Of a DNA stretch of 48,658 bases, positions 36,852 to 45,629 are shown piece after piece. The stretch is from positions 1-48,658 of the forward strand of contig CAXSEG010000002.1 of assembly GCA_964235545.1 (NCBI GenBank), in the 5' to 3' direction. The DNA is from an uncultured Acetobacteraceae bacterium. GTDB taxonomy: Bacteria; Pseudomonadota; Alphaproteobacteria; Acetobacterales; Acetobacteraceae. The translations under genes and the position numbers were made by a program. Within the stretch, counting starts at the first letter, position 1. Every line of letters begins with the position of its first letter. The notes below the pieces were generated by a model. It did not search any database, was not told the DNA's origin, and worked only from the letters and a program-made list of their open reading frames with translations.

Positions 36852-37400
36852 TCAGCCGCCAGTCTGGAAGAACGACACCACGCCATTGGCGACGGCAAGT
36901 ATGTTGATGCACATCACACCGAAGGTGAACTGCACGCCACAGGCGACGGGTGAACCGTTGGCGCGGCCATTGACGATGGCGCGCCACGTCAGGATCGACC
37001 AGAACACGCAAGCGGCGCCGAACGCCTCGAAGAAGTACTGGAACATCGACACAACATTGATGACCGTCGCCTGCGGGGTCGCGCCCAGGATGTCGCTTGC
37101 GCTCCCCGGTGTGGTCGGCACGTAGGTGGTGAGGGAGACTGCCATCGAAGTGCCGGCGCTAACGTTCGCCAGGGTCAGGAAATGCGGAAAGCCAGCAAAC
37201 ACGCCGCATAGCACGAGTGAGACGAACGGCACCCAGGGCCGCTGCCAGTGGTGATGATGCCGACGGTGCGGCTCCGCGAAGGTCCACAGCGTCCAGACCG
37301 CGAAAAAGAAGCAGCTGCAGGCTGCGATGTAGCAGAAGGCGGGAAGCAGGACGGCAATGCCATCGGCGATTGCCGTCGCGAAATTGACCAGTCCCTGCAT
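36852..37400 (-). CDS. Four-TM protein (IcmC/DotE or TraQ-like)
   Basis: Four hydrophobic segments and a C-terminal FGVMCINI. Position is directly after dotF. Confidence 0.6.
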   Translation of the reverse strand: MQGLVNFATAIADGIAVLLPAFCYIAACSCFFFAVWTLWTFAEPHRRHHHHWQRPWVPFVSLVLCGVFAGFPHFLTLANVSAGTSMAVSLTTYVPTTPGSASDILGATPQATVINVVSMFQYFFEAFGAACVFWSILTWRAIVNGRANGSPVACGVQFTFGVMCINILAVANGVVSFFQTGG

Positions 37401-37418
37401 GAAGCAGCTCCTTGCAGG

Positions 37419-38819
37419 TTACTGGATGGTGCCGTGTTCGGCGGTGACGACCCAGGCGGTGCCGCGCTGGGCGATCGACTTGACCTTGCCGTAGTCCGGC
37501 AAGGTGTCGCCGACCATGATTTGGGTCTGTGCCCCCTCTCCACCGCCGCGATCGACCTCGGCCAGCAATGCCAGGCCCGGCGATGCCGCCTGGACGCGAT
37601 ACCGCTTCAGCCCGGCGACCGGAGCCGGTGCAGGGATGGGTGGCGGCGTCAGGACCACCGGGACCGTGCGGGCAACGACTGGTACTACGGAGGGTGGATC
37701 GGCCGCCTGCGTCGAGGCGTCATCCTGCGCTGCGTGGGAAACGGAATTGCGTGCCTCGGCCAGGGCCAGGCGGCGGCCGTAATCATCGAGGCGCGCGGTG
37801 TAGTCCGTCGTCGCGCGGCGAAGATCGGTGCGCAACTGGGCGTCCTGCAGGCGGAGGTCACGGACCATGTGGGCCATCTCGGTTACCAGGTTCAGCACCT
37901 GCACCTGGTCAGGCGGCGACATAGGAGCCGGCCGCAAGTTTTCGGCTACTGAAACGGCATCCGGGGCCGGGGGGAGTGAAGCCGGAGCGGGTGCGGGTGG
38001 CGACGTCGGCATGACCGACATCGCGGCAGGCGCCGTGATTTGGATCGGCGCCAAGGTCGCAGGCGTCATCGTGGGCGCTGGCGGCTCGGGAGCTGCGAGG
38101 CCCCGGTCCGGCGGCTGAGGGGTCGCGAGGACGGTCGTGGGTGCCGGGCCGGGAGCCGCGGGCGCCGTGGGCGCGGGGAACGGGATGCGGACAGCTTGGC
38201 TGCCAGGCTCGGCCACTACGATGTCCGGTTGGACGTCCGGGTTGGCTGCCGCCGCGACATGCCCCGGGGGCGACGGCGGAGCTGGCTGCGTCGGAGGCAT
38301 GGCAAGCGGCGTTGCGTGTGACGCAGCTCCCGCATCGTGCGCCGCCGGAGTTGGGCGGACATCGTTCGGATGCAAGGCCAGCAACTCGCGCATTTGCTCG
38401 TCGCGCGGCTTCGCGGCGTAGACGTCCCGGACAGGCGGAGCCGGAGGTGGCGGCAGCGGCACCCGCGCCAGCGTGGCCGATGGCGCCAGCGGCTTCGGCA
38501 ACGCGATTCCGGCCGAGGCGGCGATTTGGCGCACCTCGGCGGTCAAGCCCGGCACTGGCAGGATATGGTTGTAAGGGGAGACCAGGAACGCCACGGCTCC
38601 GCCTGCAGCCAGGATGACACCAGCGCCACCCAACAGCAGGCTGCGCCGCCGCGAACGCGTCGGTGCGGATCGTGGCAGGCGCTCAGCCGGATCGGGCGTG
38701 GCCGACTCTTGGGGTAGGGCGTTGATAGGAAGCGGGCCGTTGGGCTCGCCCGGCAGGCGTGCGCTTAGCCGGACTGCGTCCTCATCGATCATCTGACGGC
38801 TGGTGATGTGCGTGTCCAT
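37419..38819 (-). CDS. dotF: DotF/IcmG (TraP)-like core protein
   Basis: One TM, a long Pro-rich region, a coiled coil, and a C-terminal YRVQAASPGLALL...VGDTLPDYGKVKSI domain. Confidence 0.7.
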   Translation of the reverse strand: MDTHITSRQMIDEDAVRLSARLPGEPNGPLPINALPQESATPDPAERLPRSAPTRSRRRSLLLGGAGVILAAGGAVAFLVSPYNHILPVPGLTAEVRQIAASAGIALPKPLAPSATLARVPLPPPPAPPVRDVYAAKPRDEQMRELLALHPNDVRPTPAAHDAGAASHATPLAMPPTQPAPPSPPGHVAAAANPDVQPDIVVAEPGSQAVRIPFPAPTAPAAPGPAPTTVLATPQPPDRGLAAPEPPAPTMTPATLAPIQITAPAAMSVMPTSPPAPAPASLPPAPDAVSVAENLRPAPMSPPDQVQVLNLVTEMAHMVRDLRLQDAQLRTDLRRATTDYTARLDDYGRRLALAEARNSVSHAAQDDASTQAADPPSVVPVVARTVPVVLTPPPIPAPAPVAGLKRYRVQAASPGLALLAEVDRGGGEGAQTQIMVGDTLPDYGKVKSIAQRGTAWVVTAEHGTIQ

Positions 38820-38958
38820 TCGAGCCTCTTGCAACCGATGGCGACCAGCATGGGCCAGAGCGTTGCGAACGGACGCGAGAACGGAGTTGGACGTGGCTGA
38901 ACGACAAATCCCTTTCGCACGTCCGGCCCAGACCGGACGGCGACAGGGTGAACGCCCT

Positions 38959-40275
38959 TTACTGCGCCGCGTGCGATGTGACGTTGGAAAGGAACATGAC
39001 CCCGACCGCGACATTGGCCTCGAGCGAAACGGTGGGGCCTTTCGGCGCCGCCTGGTTCAGCGTGGCCCCGGCCTGTGCAGCTGCCGTCCCTGCCGCGATG
39101 CCGAGCTGCTGCCGGATATTGAGGTTCGTGGCGGTGGTGGCGCCGCCCAAGGGACTGAGCACGGACACGGAGTTGGAGGTTGTGGCGATGGCTTGTCCAA
39201 GGCCTGCCACGAAGGCAGCGGCAGCCGGGAGGGCGAAACGCGTCAGGTAGTGCTGGTCCACGTCGGACGCGACGCCTGCCTCCATGGTATCCGGGGCGAT
39301 CACCAGCCCGTCCACGCCGAGGTTCTCTCCATCATGGATGACCGAACTGATGTGGATGACCAGCCGATCGTTCTGCTTGGCAAAGGTGCCGATCATGCGG
39401 TCTCCGGCGATCGGTCCGGTGTCGGCCTGCAGCACGACGGGGCTGCTGGCATCGGAGTTCACCGCAAGGATGGGATGCGCGTAGATGCCGCGGCCCGCCG
39501 GAACGAGGAGGTGTCCCTGGTCGGACCGGGTGGACACCGGCAGTGGCAGAGATGCGTCGCGCGTCCTGGCCGAGGTCGAGGGAGTCCGCTGCACGGGCGA
39601 AGCGTCGGTCGCGTCGCTATCGTGCTCCGGCGGCGGCATCACGACGTCGGTGCGCGGTGCACGACCGCCCCACTGGGCGAACAATTCCCGGATTTGCTGG
39701 TTATAGGCTTGCTGCGCTGCCTGCTGTGCCGCCGCATCGCCCTGCGACGGCGCTGCGACCGGGATGGGGCGGACCGGCTCGCTGACCGGCGGCGCGGCCG
39801 GCGGCGGAAGCGGCGCCGGAAAAGCGACACGGAGCGGCTCCGGCAGCGGATTGTACGGAGGACGGGCGATGGCGACCGGTTCGTGCCGGACCTGGGGCGG
39901 AGGGACGGCTTGTTCGACGTGCAGCGGCGGGGGATTGATCAGCTGGCTGGGACTCAGTGGAGGGGTATAGGACACCCCCCGCTGCATGGCGGCCTGCACC
40001 TGGCTATCGTTGGCCTGCTTGGCGAGCGCGTCCTGCTCGGGCGTGGTGTGAAGGCCGCCCGGCAACGGGTCGACAGCCTTCATCCGGGCATCGTGCGACA
40101 GCTCAGGAGCGGACTTGCCGGTGAACGATACGCCGACGGCAAGCCCCGCGACCCCAATGATGCCGCCTGCGATGATCATCAGCCGGCGTGGGCCGGCGGT
40201 GTTCGCTGCATTGAAGAATTGCCCGGACGGCATCCGGGGGATCAGGGTGCCGAGTTTGGCGAGCGCACCGGACAT
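38959..40275 (-). CDS. dotG: DotG/IcmE (TraO; VirB10-like)
   Basis: TM, Pro-rich linker, AVNSDASSPV, ASDVDQHY and VGVMFL. It is short and lacks the long Legionella repeat region. Confidence 0.85.
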   Translation of the reverse strand: MSGALAKLGTLIPRMPSGQFFNAANTAGPRRLMIIAGGIIGVAGLAVGVSFTGKSAPELSHDARMKAVDPLPGGLHTTPEQDALAKQANDSQVQAAMQRGVSYTPPLSPSQLINPPPLHVEQAVPPPQVRHEPVAIARPPYNPLPEPLRVAFPAPLPPPAAPPVSEPVRPIPVAAPSQGDAAAQQAAQQAYNQQIRELFAQWGGRAPRTDVVMPPPEHDSDATDASPVQRTPSTSARTRDASLPLPVSTRSDQGHLLVPAGRGIYAHPILAVNSDASSPVVLQADTGPIAGDRMIGTFAKQNDRLVIHISSVIHDGENLGVDGLVIAPDTMEAGVASDVDQHYLTRFALPAAAAFVAGLGQAIATTSNSVSVLSPLGGATTATNLNIRQQLGIAAGTAAAQAGATLNQAAPKGPTVSLEANVAVGVMFLSNVTSHAAQ

Positions 40276-40280
40276 GACGA

Positions 40281-41327
40281 CTATTCCTTCAGTTCGGCCG
40301 AGACCGTGCGGCCATTGACGGACAGCAAGACGACGGGCGTGTTCGGCACGGCGTAGACCGTGAGACCCGCCTCCGCCTCCGAGGCGGTCCACTCCGGCGA
40401 CAGCAGCGTGTAGCTCGTGCGCAGGTAGACGTTGCGGCCGAGCCGCCAGGCGCGCAGTCCCTCCGGCGAGACGCCGACCACGGAAAGCGGCACGGCGTCG
40501 GCCGGCGGAACGCCTTCCAGCATACCGGTCAGGAACGGCGCGCCGGTGTCGGGCCGGTCCGGCTGGGTGATGATGTCGACTTTGGCGTGCGGCCCGCGGT
40601 CGGCGACGTGGATGCTGAGGCTAGCATCGTAGCGGCCGCCGCCGGTCACCAGCAGGAAGGTGATCGGCTTGGGCGAGCCTTCCAGCGATACGACCAGGCC
40701 GCCCCGCGGACTGAGCGAGGCGGGGGTGATCTGCAGCACGTTGCTGCCCTTGGTGGGGGTGCACACGTAGAACCCGTTGACCGGCCCGGACTGGCCGCCG
40801 CCAGCGGCATTGGAGACGTTGCAGTTGTTGCTGCCCGACGCCGCGGCTGGGTTGGAGTTCGTGTCCCATTGGATCGGCCAAGGCTGGCCGGTGCTGTCGA
40901 AGAAGCTGACCGCCGTCGGGAAGTTCTTGGCAGTGTTGATGATGCTGGTGGCCGCGCCCGGCGCGAAGCTGACGTTGACCTGACGGTTGTTCGGCGCCGC
41001 CAACTCGCTGACGCCCTCCTCGCGGGCACGCTGGGTCGCGTTGTAGCGTCGCGCCAGGTCCCGGATCATGTCTTCGGTGAGCGGGATCGCGTCCTGGGCA
41101 GCCCGGTTGGCGGCGGGGTTGCCGTTTGCAGGATTGTCCGGGTCGCCAGCTCCCGGGAGCAGCGTGACCGGCTGGCCCGCTGTTTGGGCGAATGCTGGGG
41201 CGCCCATCAGCGCGCTGGCAAGGATGAGCGTTGCAACGAGGGCAGGGCGCACGGTCGCCTCCTGGCGGGTTGGGGCGGCTCTCATGGCGCGACCGGCTTG
41301 CGCCGCCGGGGGTTCGGCAGCGGACAT
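40281..41327 (-). CDS. dotH: DotH/IcmK (TraN)
   Basis: TAVSFFDSTGQPWPI, RGPHA, LEGVPP and YLRTSYTLLSPEW. Confidence 0.88.
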   Translation of the reverse strand: MSAAEPPAAQAGRAMRAAPTRQEATVRPALVATLILASALMGAPAFAQTAGQPVTLLPGAGDPDNPANGNPAANRAAQDAIPLTEDMIRDLARRYNATQRAREEGVSELAAPNNRQVNVSFAPGAATSIINTAKNFPTAVSFFDSTGQPWPIQWDTNSNPAAASGSNNCNVSNAAGGGQSGPVNGFYVCTPTKGSNVLQITPASLSPRGGLVVSLEGSPKPITFLLVTGGGRYDASLSIHVADRGPHAKVDIITQPDRPDTGAPFLTGMLEGVPPADAVPLSVVGVSPEGLRAWRLGRNVYLRTSYTLLSPEWTASEAEAGLTVYAVPNTPVVLLSVNGRTVSAELKE

Positions 41328-42025
41328 CAGTGCGACGACGCCACGAGCTGATCGACGGCCAGCCCGTCCGGGTGATCGTCGCTGTTGGTTCGTACGATCG
41401 TGGCTGTGATCAGCAGGTTGTTGGGCGAGGTCTGGTTGACGTTCTCGCAAGTCTGCAGGATCGGCACTTGGATCTCGTAGGCCAGCGCGCCCTGCTTGTA
41501 GCTGGTCTGGTGGATGATGGCCGCCCGCTGCGACTGCGCATGGCACAGCAGCCGAGCCCTCTTCAGCTGTTCGAAGTTGCCCTGGCCGATGTAGCTGTTG
41601 GCGAACGTGTTCCAGCCGGACAGGGTGAAGCGCCGGCTCGCAATGTTCAGCTGGGCCGGATAGTTCATGTAATCGACGTTGTAGGGCGCCAGGATCGCCT
41701 TGACCGACCACTCCAACAGCTCGGTGTCATCGACGATCGGACTGTCGAGGCTGACGACCGGGTGTGGCGGGTTCTTGCCGTCCACGAAGAAGTAGCGCGG
41801 CTGCATGGGGTTGACCCAGACGTAGGCGTCGTGGACGAGGGACAGCCCGAGCAGGGCGCCCATCCCAAGCGTGAGCGCCAGGCATTTCGTGACTAGCCCG
41901 GCCTGGAAGTCCGGATCCGACAGGCGGCGGATGACCGCGGCGTTCTGATTCCTCATCTCGGCAATCCACGGTCTGTGTGTTACGGATGCAGCGTCGCTCG
42001 GCGTTCTGCGAACGGCCTCGGGCAT
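41327..42025 (-). CDS. dotI: DotI/IcmL (TraM; VirB8-like)
   Basis: TM then PRYF, DYMNYPAQL...FTLSGWNTF and GLAVDQ. Confidence 0.88.
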   Translation of the reverse strand: MPEAVRRTPSDAASVTHRPWIAEMRNQNAAVIRRLSDPDFQAGLVTKCLALTLGMGALLGLSLVHDAYVWVNPMQPRYFFVDGKNPPHPVVSLDSPIVDDTELLEWSVKAILAPYNVDYMNYPAQLNIASRRFTLSGWNTFANSYIGQGNFEQLKRARLLCHAQSQRAAIIHQTSYKQGALAYEIQVPILQTCENVNQTSPNNLLITATIVRTNSDDHPDGLAVDQLVASSH

Positions 42026-43401
42026 GGTATGCGAGCGAAGGGCCGATCCGGTGCGTCGTCGCAGTGAAGATCCAATTCCAGGTCAGGGTCATCGAGGTCG
42101 GCCCGGGTCAGCAACGTGATCGACTCGCCCTTGTACTTGTCGTATTCGCCGAGAATCCCGTTGCGGAACCGGGCTGCGCGGTTGGTCCTGACGTTCCTGT
42201 CGCGCCGCTCGTGCTTCCAGAACAGGTGGCCTTTACCGGTTTCACGACCCACCCCGGTCTTGTCGCGAACCAACACGTAGCGGGACGCCTCGAGCGTTGC
42301 CGCAGCCATCTCCGGGTCGAAATCTGCGCTGAATTTCCTGCGGTTGCGATCGCGGGGCAGGTTGGCCCGGTACAGCACACCATGCAGGGCCGCCTCGGTC
42401 ATACCAGCGTCGCGGGCGATGTAGGCCGGATGCTGCCCGCCGAAATAGCGCATCGAGAGCGCGAGGATGGCTTCCTGGTTGGAAGCGAGCCGGCGGGTGC
42501 GGCCGATCCACGCGATGTCGGACACGGCTGGAGCTACCGCTGTGGTCACGCCGATCGGCTTATTTCCGAAGGACAGCGGCATGGCCGCAGGCGGCACCAG
42601 CTCGCTCGTAGTCCCAGGCGCGACCGACTTGGGTGCTGCCAACGACGGTTTTGCGGCAGATTTTGCGTCTGCTGACGACACGACCACACCGAAGAACGGC
42701 ATCTCGCGCTGTGCCTGCCTCTTGCCGGCTGCCAGCCTGGCTGCCGTTTGTTTGGCCGCTGGCTGCAGAGGCTCTGCCGAGGCAGTAGTATCAGCGGTCG
42801 TCGCCGCCGCAGTTTGCAGGGCAGCGACGTTTGGGATCGATGTCAAATCCCAGGTGGGATTAGGCGCCACTGCCAGGGTGGGTGGTGTTGACCCGGAGTT
42901 CGGGGACCGGGTGGCGCCTGCCCGGAACCGCGTGGAGTTGTCAGACAGGAAATATCCCAGCTCCGGGTCCCGGAGCGTTGCGGGATCGACCCGGCGCAGA
43001 TCCTTCCGGTTCGGCGCAGGAATGCCAAGGCGTCGGGCCTTGGCCCTGACGGCTCCCACCGATCTATTCAGCCGTTGGCCGATGACCTCGGGGTGGATGC
43101 CCGCGACGCGCCAGGCGATGAGCCGCATGGTGTCGAAAGGTGTCCAACCCTTGTCGCCCGGCTTGCGCATTGGACGATCATGCGGTGTGCGTAAGCCTAG
43201 CCGGACCAGGTTCTCGTCGAGCACCTCTCGGGACAAGCCCAGGAAAAGGCAGATGGCGTTGATGCCCTGACCAGCGGCCACCATGCCGGAAAGGACGCGA
43301 TCGAACGGAAATGATGCAACGGCGGCGATGCACCGCACGACTGACGCAAGCCGCGGCGAAGCCTCGTCTAACTTGGTTCCGCAGAAAAGGGCTGCCGACA
43401 C
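41980..43401 (-). CDS. Multi-HTH regulator with a GcrA-like domain (start uncertain)
   Basis: WTPFDTMRLIAWRVAGIHPEVIGQRLNRSVGAVRAKARRLG resembles the GcrA N-terminal HTH. Two further HTH-like segments and an Ala/Pro/Thr linker are present. Confidence 0.6.
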   Translation of the reverse strand: MSAALFCGTKLDEASPRLASVVRCIAAVASFPFDRVLSGMVAAGQGINAICLFLGLSREVLDENLVRLGLRTPHDRPMRKPGDKGWTPFDTMRLIAWRVAGIHPEVIGQRLNRSVGAVRAKARRLGIPAPNRKDLRRVDPATLRDPELGYFLSDNSTRFRAGATRSPNSGSTPPTLAVAPNPTWDLTSIPNVAALQTAAATTADTTASAEPLQPAAKQTAARLAAGKRQAQREMPFFGVVVSSADAKSAAKPSLAAPKSVAPGTTSELVPPAAMPLSFGNKPIGVTTAVAPAVSDIAWIGRTRRLASNQEAILALSMRYFGGQHPAYIARDAGMTEAALHGVLYRANLPRDRNRRKFSADFDPEMAAATLEASRYVLVRDKTGVGRETGKGHLFWKHERRDRNVRTNRAARFRNGILGEYDKYKGESITLLTRADLDDPDLELDLHCDDAPDRPFARIPCPRPFAERRATLHP

Positions 43402-43434
43402 GCTGCACTCCGGGATACGATCCGAAGGCAGTCT

Positions 43435-43494
43435 AAGTCGGCTAATTTCGACTTGTCGAGATGAAAGTCGACTGGATCCGACGTATTTCGGCTT
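43435..43494. promoter_or_regulatory. 10-bp-phased TCGRCT repeat array (candidate operator)
   Basis: TCGGCT 43438, TCGACT 43448, TCGAGA 43456, TCGACT 43468, CCGACG 43478 and TCGGCT 43488. Includes the palindrome AAGTCG-N8-CGACTT. Confidence 0.55.
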
Positions 43495-43531
43495 GAGCGT
43501 TCAGTCGTTCATGGGAACCGTGTGGTCACCG

Positions 43532-43957
43532 TCAGTCGGATTGAGCGACCATCGGTTGGCTTGCAAGTGCATGGCGGAGATCGGACAAGCTCCTTAGTTC
43601 CTGCAACAGCTCGCCCTCCTGTTGATGCCAAACGGCCAAACGGTCGGGTAAGTGCTCTAGTAGAGAACAAAGATGCGCCAGAGCCGTCGGAGACACCGGA
43701 GCTGCCTTGCTCTCCGGTAGAAAGTCTCTCACGTCCACGCCGAGCACCTCTGCAAGTTTCGCCATGGTCTTGAGTGTGACATTCGCGTCGCCGCCTTCGA
43801 GTTCGACGACGTAGGACCGTTGCAAATCGGCCTTCGCAGCGAGTTCGGCTTGTTTCAGGCCGGCCTTCACCCGGGCATGCTTCAATTTCGCACCGAAAAC
43901 TTCGGCTATCGAGACGTCGCCAGTTGGTCCAGACGACAATTGGGAGGCTTTGGACAT
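43532..43957 (-). CDS. XRE-family HTH transcriptional regulator
   Basis: FGAKLKHARVKAGLKQAELA...RSYVVELEGGDANVTLKTMAKLAEVLGV. Confidence 0.9.
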   Translation of the reverse strand: MSKASQLSSGPTGDVSIAEVFGAKLKHARVKAGLKQAELAAKADLQRSYVVELEGGDANVTLKTMAKLAEVLGVDVRDFLPESKAAPVSPTALAHLCSLLEHLPDRLAVWHQQEGELLQELRSLSDLRHALASQPMVAQSD

Positions 43958-44130
43958 CGTTAGGAACGGCACCCTTTCTCAAGTGGTCGCTGCCGACCGG
44001 CCGCGAACCATGCGAACAGGCTGTTCTACGAACCAATCGCCTTATCGGATGCAACGCGACGGCATCGCAATGCCCATTCGCAAGATGTCACAGGATAATT
44101 CGCCAAAATGCAGTTTAGAGGCTTCCGCCG

Positions 44131-44544
44131 ATGCTTCGTACCACAACCATTGCACTCGTTAGCGCCCTGACGTTACCGGCCATCGCGCACGCCGACTTCA
44201 TTCTGGACGGGACTGCCGCCCCGCCAGCCGCACTACTTCCAATTGCTTCTGTGCCCAACGTGGTTGTTCCGACAAAAAATCAGCCTGAGTCCGGGCAAGC
44301 GCTATTTTCAAGTTCGATGCGGTTCAAGATCGCAAACGGCTTTGGGAATCAAGTGCCCCTGGCGTTTGCCGTCCGACAGATCGTCCCGCACGGCTTCGCC
44401 GTGTCGTACGGCCCCGATACGAACGCGGATACCCTCGTGAGCTGGAAGGGGGGTGCCCCCTGGAACCGTGTGTTGCTCGCTTCCGTGAGGCCACTCGGGC
44501 TGCGGCTGGTGTTGACGATGACGGACGTAAAAATCCGCAAGTAG
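44131..44544 (+). CDS. Exported protein with a PilL/TcpQ-like C-terminal domain
   Basis: Signal peptide ending AHA-D, then GFGNQVPLAFAVRQIVP...VSWKGGAPWNRVL. Confidence 0.7.
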   Translation: MLRTTTIALVSALTLPAIAHADFILDGTAAPPAALLPIASVPNVVVPTKNQPESGQALFSSSMRFKIANGFGNQVPLAFAVRQIVPHGFAVSYGPDTNADTLVSWKGGAPWNRVLLASVRPLGLRLVLTMTDVKIRK

Positions 44545-44601
44545 CGACGCCGTTCGCAACGCGAGAGGTGATCCTCGCTGCTGACAGGTCAGGAAGCTGC
44601 C

Positions 44602-45066
44602 ATGCCCAACCTCGAACTCCACGCCGTCAGAGCTTGGCTCGCCGACTGGCACCCCATCGCTCTCGCGGCTTGGCCGCCAGCGGTGCGTGCTCTCGAAAAC
44701 GAGGGCGACATGCCGGTACGGCTCGCCCAGCTTGGCACGGCGCTCGACGGAGCGGCAGAGGCCGATCTGGAGCGGCTTTCACAGGCTTTGCTCGCCGAGC
44801 CTGTCGTCTCGGACCTGAGATCGCTGCTCGCTCAGTTCGGCGCAGCCCGAAGCGTCAGGCTCCTGCACTGGTTGACGGAGTCCGGGCTGCCTGACGCCGA
44901 TAAAGTGTTGCAAGCGCTTCTGCGGGGACAGACCGACGGCTCCAACGCCTTGCGCGGGCTGCTTGGCGCTCTCCGCCGCCGCGCCGTCCTGGACCGCATC
45001 TTTGCGCCGGAGCGCCTCGCAGCGCTCGAGAGCGCTTGTCGCGACACTCTTTTGGAGGATGCTTGA
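44602..45066 (+). CDS. icmW: IcmW-like adaptor protein
   Basis: MPNL..., LAQLGTALD, RSVRLLHWL and VLDRIFAPERL parallel remembered IcmW MPDL..., KQLGQELD, RGLRLLQAI and LLSRVF...RL. Length is similar (154 aa). Confidence 0.65.
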   Translation: MPNLELHAVRAWLADWHPIALAAWPPAVRALENEGDMPVRLAQLGTALDGAAEADLERLSQALLAEPVVSDLRSLLAQFGAARSVRLLHWLTESGLPDADKVLQALLRGQTDGSNALRGLLGALRRRAVLDRIFAPERLAALESACRDTLLEDA

Positions 45067-45617
45067 TGGTCGGAATCCTTGCCCGCGGGCTCGTCGTGCT
45101 GCTCCCGGCCATGGCCGTCGCCGGCCCGGCTGCGGCTCAAGGCACGGCGACCGGAAGCGTTGGCTGCGCGGCCGTCACCCAGGCCGCGATCAACGGCCAG
45201 ACATCCCGCATCGGCGCCGACGACACCACGATCAACCCACCCCAGAGCGTCAAGAATCTGACGTGCCTGGATAATTTCTTCAACGGGGTGGGACTCAACC
45301 TCGTGACCAACCTACTGAACCCGGGAAACCTGCTGCAGGCCGTCGAGGGACAGATCTGCAGCCTGGCGAAACAGGAATGGTCCTCCCTGCTCGGCAGCGC
45401 CCAGTGCGGCTTAACTATCACCGGGTTCAATCTCGGCTTCGGCGGCATCGGCGGCGGCTTGTCCTGTCCAAAGCTGTCGTTCGGTGGCGGCGGACCGCCA
45501 ATTGGCTCGGTCGGGCTCGGCGTCGGGTCCGTCAATGGCAGCAGCCTCTACATCAACGGCAATGGCCTGCCGCCTACCGGCTACAGCGCGCCGAATGTGC
45601 CGCCTGGCATCCTTTAG
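45066..45617 (+). CDS. Exported Cys/Gly-rich protein (TraV-like by position)
   Basis: TGATG overlap with icmW, signal peptide and spaced cysteines. Precedes the TraW-like gene. Confidence 0.65.
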   Translation: MVGILARGLVVLLPAMAVAGPAAAQGTATGSVGCAAVTQAAINGQTSRIGADDTTINPPQSVKNLTCLDNFFNGVGLNLVTNLLNPGNLLQAVEGQICSLAKQEWSSLLGSAQCGLTITGFNLGFGGIGGGLSCPKLSFGGGGPPIGSVGLGVGSVNGSSLYINGNGLPPTGYSAPNVPPGIL

Positions 45618-45629
45618 GGACTGACCGCC

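Noticed and set aside
37930-38500. Apparent GC-rich repeats in dotF (also in dotG)
   Set aside because: They are explained by Pro/Ala low-complexity linkers, with no discrete nucleotide repeat unit.
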